Source of the DNA: Nitrosopumilus sp.
GTDB lineage: Archaea; Thermoproteota; Nitrososphaeria; Nitrososphaerales; Nitrosopumilaceae
NCBI GenBank assembly: GCA_965249555.1
Contig: OZ252243.1
Location: forward strand, 544,001-608,000
DNA: 64,000 nucleotides
Reading direction: 5' to 3'
The translations under genes were made by a program, and so were the position numbers. The stretch's first letter is position 1. Each line of letters begins with the position of its first letter. Under the pieces are notes generated by a model. It made no database searches, was not told the origin of the DNA, and saw only the letters and a list, made by a program, of their open reading frames with translations. Positions 59,208-64,000 of the stretch are shown here, one piece after another.

Positions 59208-59474
59208 ATGGTTAAAATCAAAGTACGAAGCGGAAGAGGTACAAGAATTATCGATGTAGATAGTGATGCTACCAAATGGACTGGAACTCAGTTTAAAGCA
59301 ATTCAAGCAGCAAGAAAAAAAGCAGCTGAAGATGCTGGGGTAAAGTACGTGACTTCTGGCAGAGGAACTGGTAGAAAAAAATTAGCTGACACTCCTGAAC
59401 CAAAAGATAGAGTAAAGTACAAAGGTAGAATTAGCTCCGGTAGAGGAACAGGTTCAAGAAAAAGTTCAAGCTAA
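59208..59474 (+). CDS. Small basic protein with three SGRGT motifs
   Basis: 88 aa, K/R-rich, followed by a T-rich terminator. Confidence 0.8.
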   Translation: MVKIKVRSGRGTRIIDVDSDATKWTGTQFKAIQAARKKAAEDAGVKYVTSGRGTGRKKLADTPEPKDRVKYKGRISSGRGTGSRKSSS

Positions 59475-59487
59475 GAAAAAATACCAC

Positions 59488-59538
59488 TTTTTCATTTTTA
59501 ATATTTTTTCTTTGTATTATTTGCTAGATTTTGTTTTG
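59488..59538. terminator. T-rich terminator region after the small basic protein gene
   Basis: Several oligo-T tracts downstream of the 59474 stop. Confidence 0.5.
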
Positions 59539-60204
59539 CTATATTTTGATATTAGGATTTCCAGCTTTGAGCTTTTCCCAATCTGCAAGAAAGTTTTCTA
59601 AACCAATTTTTGTCAATGGATGTTGCATCATCTTATCTAATACTGCAGGAGGTAAAGTTACTACATCTGCTCCAATTTTTGCAGCATCAACTACATGTAT
59701 TGGATGACGAATACTTGCAACAAGTATCTCAGTTTCAAAATCATAATTGTCAAATATTTCTCGTATATCTTCAATTAGATGCATTCCATCTTGCCCAATA
59801 TCATCTAGTCTTCCAATAAATGGACTAACATATTTTGCACCAGATTTTGCAGCAAGCAGAGCCTGATTTGGAGAAAATATCAATGTAACATTAACAGGAA
59901 TTCCTTCTGATGAAAGTGATTTGCATGCTTTCAGACCATCAGGAGTCATAGGAACTTTAACAACCACATTATCTCCATATTCACGAAGACGTTTGCCTTC
60001 TTCCATCATTCCAGAGTATTCTGTACTTACAACTTCAAGACTCACATCACCTTTGATAATTTTTGTAATCTCTTCCATTGCATCTTTAGGATTACCTTTT
60101 TCTTTTGATAACAAAGAAGGGTTAGTTGTGATTCCATCTAGTAATCCCATATCATTGAATTTTTTTATAGATTCTAGATTAGCAGTGTCAAGAAAAATTT
60201 TCAT
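59539..60204 (-). CDS. tal: Transaldolase (FSA/TalC type)
   Basis: [25 protein letters not shown]. Confidence 0.93.
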   Translation of the reverse strand: MKIFLDTANLESIKKFNDMGLLDGITTNPSLLSKEKGNPKDAMEEITKIIKGDVSLEVVSTEYSGMMEEGKRLREYGDNVVVKVPMTPDGLKACKSLSSEGIPVNVTLIFSPNQALLAAKSGAKYVSPFIGRLDDIGQDGMHLIEDIREIFDNYDFETEILVASIRHPIHVVDAAKIGADVVTLPPAVLDKMMQHPLTKIGLENFLADWEKLKAGNPNIKI

Positions 60205-61175
60205 AATTTTTTGCTCCTAATTTCTTTGACTTGTTTTACCATATTAAAAGATGTTATTCCATGCTTTTCAAAGAGTAAATGAACTTCTTTGTCTCTAGCA
60301 GATTCACCAAACATATCCTGAGCCCCAATTCTCTTTATTGGCACAGGATATGATTCAGAAACAGATTCTGCAACTGCAGAGCCCATTCCACCAAAAATAT
60401 TGTGCTCTTCAGTAGTAACTATGCAACCTGTTTCTCTTGCTGCTTTTTCTAAAATTTCATTATCAATTGGTTTTATTGAAAACATATCCAAAACTCTACA
60501 AGAGACACCTTCTTGCTGTAATGATTCAGCCGCCTCTAAAGCCATTTTAACAGTTATTCCACATGCTGCAATAGTGCAATCAGAGCCATCTCTTAGAGTA
60601 ATACTTTTTCCAATTTGAAAATCTTGAGATTCTGAATGAATCAAAGGAGTTTTGGATCTTGCCATTCGCATGTAAAATGGACCATACTCATTGGCCATTA
60701 AGTGAGTTAATTTAGAAACTGAAATAGTATCAGATGGAATAAAAACTCGGAAATTAGGAATAACTCTCATTATTGCAATGTCCTCAAGTTGTTGATGAGA
60801 ACCTCCATCAGGCCCAACAGACAAACCTCCATGAGAGACAACTAATTTTACATCAAGTCCTTTTTTGCCTTGTGGTGAAGGATAAGCAATATTATTTCGA
60901 ATTTGATCAACTGCTCTTCCTGGCAAAAATATTGCATAAGTACTAGCAAAAGAAATTTTTCCAGACGCTGCCAATCCAGCAGAAACTGTAACAAGATTTG
61001 CCTCAGCAATCCCAACATTGAAAAATCTATCAGGAAATTCTTTTCCAAAGCCAGATGTCTTTAGTGAATCAGTTGTGTCTGCACCTAAAACTACAACATT
61101 TGGATTCTCTTTTCCAATTTGAATCAAAGTTTTAGAGTATTCTGAACGCATATCAGTCATTATTGGTTCATTCAA
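60201..61175 (-). CDS. Transketolase C-terminal subunit
   Basis: [19 protein letters not shown]. Confidence 0.93.
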   Translation of the reverse strand: MNEPIMTDMRSEYSKTLIQIGKENPNVVVLGADTTDSLKTSGFGKEFPDRFFNVGIAEANLVTVSAGLAASGKISFASTYAIFLPGRAVDQIRNNIAYPSPQGKKGLDVKLVVSHGGLSVGPDGGSHQQLEDIAIMRVIPNFRVFIPSDTISVSKLTHLMANEYGPFYMRMARSKTPLIHSESQDFQIGKSITLRDGSDCTIAACGITVKMALEAAESLQQEGVSCRVLDMFSIKPIDNEILEKAARETGCIVTTEEHNIFGGMGSAVAESVSESYPVPIKRIGAQDMFGESARDKEVHLLFEKHGITSFNMVKQVKEIRSKKL

Positions 61176-62839
61176 ATGTATCCTGCCTCCTGTGCAATTT
61201 TTTTAATTTGTTCTTGTTTGTCTTGTATAACATGCAAACCAATCCATTTATTCACTAAATCAGTTCCGCCCAACTCGTGTGCTCTATCAAGTAAAACATG
61301 TCTTCTAGATTTTAAAACCTCATCTCTAAAGCCTTTAATTGCGGCTCGCACATCTTGTTGTCCAATAATAGCACCACCCCCAACAAAGACACGAGCTCCA
61401 TCTGCAAATATAGAACCAATATTTTCAAGGTTTACCCCTCCATCAGCCTCAATATAGCCTGAGAAATTATGTTCTTTTAAAATAGAATTCAACCTAGCCA
61501 TCTTTGTGTGAGTTTCTTCAATGTATTTTTGACCAGATTTTCCAGGTACTACAGACATTACAATTAGTTGATCAAGTGAAGGCAAGAATTTGTAAGACCA
61601 TTCGGGTAATTCAGTATCAGGATTTATTGCAAAACCCACACCAACTTGATTTTGTTTTAATAAATCATAAATTTCTCCAAAACTAGATTCATCAGTTACT
61701 TCAGCATGAACTGTAATAATGTCACTACCTGCATCAATGTAATCTTTGACATGTTTCACAGGTTCATTGATCATCAAGTGTGAATCAAATGGAATCACAG
61801 TAAGATGTCGTAGTTCTTTGATTTTGGTATGATCAAAAGTTTTGTTTGGAACAAATTGGCCATCCATCACATCAAGATGAATATAATCAGCTCTGCCAGA
61901 AACACATTTTTTAATTTCATTTTCCAGATTTGTCATATCACCTGCAATGATAGATGGTGCAATCATAAACTGTGAATCCAATTCATGATTAATTATAGGA
62001 ACTATATCAGAGTCAGGAGCTTTTCCATGCCATAGTGGATTATCCTCCATATGTTCAACGGATTTACCTTTAATTGTTCTTGATATTATTATGGTAGGTA
62101 TTCCTTTTGTTGCATTTGCTTTTGCAATGGCAGCATTAATTTGTTCTACTCTATGTCCATCAATCTCAATTACATTCCAACCAAAGGATCTCCACTTGTC
62201 ACCAGTCTTCCAACGTGATGCATCTTTCCACATTTCAGAAAGATCATCACCTTCTAATTTTTCATCAAGTGGCATTATTTGTTCAGTATAGGAATCTTGT
62301 TGAATGAAATTTCTATCAAGAAAGGCAGTAAGATTATCAACCTTGTATTTTGCAGCAGTCATAGCAGCCTCCCAAATTTGGCCCTCGTTGGACTCCCCAT
62401 CTCCAATGATAGTATAAACATGATAATCTTTTGAATTAATTTTTGCAGCAAGTGCAACTCCGATAGAATAAGATAATCCTGTACCCAAAGATCCGCCACA
62501 GAATTCCACACCGGGACATTTTAGGTCAGGATGTCCCTGTAATTTACTACCAAATTTTCGCAGAGTTTCAAGTTCAGATTCTGGAAAATATCCTGCAACT
62601 GCCATGTTTGAAAATAAGCCAGGAGCAGCATGACCTTTAGATAAAACTAAACGATCTCGGTCTTCCCATTGAGGATTATTAGGATCAAATTTCAGGTATT
62701 TGTAAAATAAACAACCCAAAATTTCAGCCATAGAGAAAGAACCTCCAGGATGACCAGAACCAGCAAGATTGGTTGCTTTAATCACTAATTTACGGGCTCT
62801 GAGGATATTTTTCTTAATTTGATAATAATTAAGCCCCAT
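61172..62839 (-). CDS. Transketolase N-terminal subunit fused to ribulose-phosphate 3-epimerase
   Basis: SGHPGG, LSKGH, GDGE (TK); APSI, HLDVMDG, DSHLM, MSVVPG, DGG (RPE). Confidence 0.93.
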   Translation of the reverse strand: MGLNYYQIKKNILRARKLVIKATNLAGSGHPGGSFSMAEILGCLFYKYLKFDPNNPQWEDRDRLVLSKGHAAPGLFSNMAVAGYFPESELETLRKFGSKLQGHPDLKCPGVEFCGGSLGTGLSYSIGVALAAKINSKDYHVYTIIGDGESNEGQIWEAAMTAAKYKVDNLTAFLDRNFIQQDSYTEQIMPLDEKLEGDDLSEMWKDASRWKTGDKWRSFGWNVIEIDGHRVEQINAAIAKANATKGIPTIIISRTIKGKSVEHMEDNPLWHGKAPDSDIVPIINHELDSQFMIAPSIIAGDMTNLENEIKKCVSGRADYIHLDVMDGQFVPNKTFDHTKIKELRHLTVIPFDSHLMINEPVKHVKDYIDAGSDIITVHAEVTDESSFGEIYDLLKQNQVGVGFAINPDTELPEWSYKFLPSLDQLIVMSVVPGKSGQKYIEETHTKMARLNSILKEHNFSGYIEADGGVNLENIGSIFADGARVFVGGGAIIGQQDVRAAIKGFRDEVLKSRRHVLLDRAHELGGTDLVNKWIGLHVIQDKQEQIKKIAQEAGYI

Positions 62840-62915
62840 CTCGATCATTATCTTTGTAAATTTAATAAAAATCTATTTCTGAAAAATTTTAATTTGATCG
62901 CCACTATATGGTATT

Positions 62916-63293
62916 ATGGAAATTAAAGAAAATATTCCAATTGTAGTTTTTGACAATCAATGTTACTTGTGTGTAAAATTTGCCAGATTTGTTGATTTTT
63001 TTTCAAGAGGTAAAATGACAATGGTAGGGCACTATTCAGATTTTGGAACAAAGATAAGAAATGAAATTCTAGATGAATCTGCTTTAGAGATGTTTTGGTT
63101 TATTGATAAAAAAAGAGCATATGGCGGAAGAGCAGCATTATTTCCATTAATAAAATCAATGTTTTCTAAAAAAATAAAAAATTCATCAACTATGAAAATT
63201 GATGAAAATTGTAACCAAGACTGCAAAACCGTTAAAGCGGTTTTTTTGAGATCATCAAGTCTGCTCACAAATAGCAGAAAAATAGATCTCTAG
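62916..63293 (+). CDS. DCC1-like thiol-disulfide oxidoreductase
   Basis: VFDNQCYLC. Confidence 0.8.
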   Translation: MEIKENIPIVVFDNQCYLCVKFARFVDFFSRGKMTMVGHYSDFGTKIRNEILDESALEMFWFIDKKRAYGGRAALFPLIKSMFSKKIKNSSTMKIDENCNQDCKTVKAVFLRSSSLLTNSRKIDL

Positions 63294-63325
63294 TAAATCT
63301 AAATAATACTTCAAAACTCAAACAC

Positions 63326-64000
63326 ATGATGAAGATAAAAACTGAAAGTTCTACAAAAAAGAAAACACAACTTCTTTGTGGTTTTGTATTAGAAAATTCA
63401 AACAAGGTTCTAGGGTTGGGAAAATTTGACGCTAAAACATCCTCAGCAATCAATCAATCTCTAAATGACATGCAAGGAAAATTAGGAAGATTAAACATTA
63501 TTCCAGTACCAGGAAAAAAACCTGCACAAAGAATTCTACTTGCAGGATTAGGAAAAAAAGAAAACATAACAAAAGACACTATCAGATTAGTTTCTGGTAA
63601 AATTGCACAAAAAGCAAGAGAGTTAAAACTTGAAGAATTTTCAATAATAACACCTCCAAGTTTTGTAACTGATCAAATTTCATCAGTTTCACAGATTGTT
63701 GAAGGATCAAAAATGGCTCTTTACAAATTTGACAAATTCAAGGCAGAAAAAGCTGATAATTCACCAGATCTAACTATCATAGTTTCAAAATCAAACAAAA
63801 CATCACAAGCAATCAAAACGGCTGTAATTATTGCAGATGGTGCCATATTTACAAAAAGTATTGCCAATTTACCTCCAAACGAATGTACCCCAAGTACATT
63901 AGCAAATTTTGCAAAAATGATTTCAAAAAAGAACAAGATGAAATGCAGTATAATTTCTAACCCTGAATTAAAAAAGAAAGGTTTTGGCGGAATTACAGCA
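63326..64000 (+). CDS. pepA: Leucyl aminopeptidase (M17), partial
   Basis: RILLAGLGK, YKFDKFK, NLPPNECTP, GFGGITA; runs off the window end. Confidence 0.88.
   Translation, partial: MMKIKTESSTKKKTQLLCGFVLENSNKVLGLGKFDAKTSSAINQSLNDMQGKLGRLNIIPVPGKKPAQRILLAGLGKKENITKDTIRLVSGKIAQKARELKLEEFSIITPPSFVTDQISSVSQIVEGSKMALYKFDKFKAEKADNSPDLTIIVSKSNKTSQAIKTAVIIADGAIFTKSIANLPPNECTPSTLANFAKMISKKNKMKCSIISNPELKKKGFGGITA

Overview
AT-rich window from a Nitrosopumilus-like ammonia-oxidising archaeon (Nitrososphaerota/Thaumarchaeota). The assignment rests on CFI-box-CTERM and 'WIKNNAKWW' surface-protein tails, archaeal radA, rps13/rps4/rps2 and rpo10, and the mevalonate cluster. Most of 15.6-34.0 kb and 43.9-64 kb is core genome. 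Four accessory regions interrupt it. (1) 1-6590 is an eroded defence-type island: HNH nuclease, a repeat-flanked DM13 gene, a Zn-ribbon restriction-type nuclease split by a composite IS (8-bp TSD), a RecB-like nuclease, and fused fragments of P-loop, HD and type III Res genes. (2) 9030-15590 is a dead integrative element between radA and mdh: an IS6-like fragment, a HAMP class III cyclase split by an IS66-family element (8-bp TSD), ParB-HTH-RHH, and a tyrosine integrase lacking its catalytic Tyr. (3) 34050-43850 holds an integrase/S8-protease chimera coupled to a nuclease, an unannotated decayed rolling-circle HUH Rep with a nearby TAGTATTAC-containing palindrome, microproteins, and a complete Liv ABC transporter. 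(4) 55376-57741 is an islet at the tRNA-His 3' end carrying a GGQ release-factor homologue, Usp and a peroxiredoxin. No CRISPR array or rRNA was seen. All calls come from reading motifs by eye; no database searches were run.
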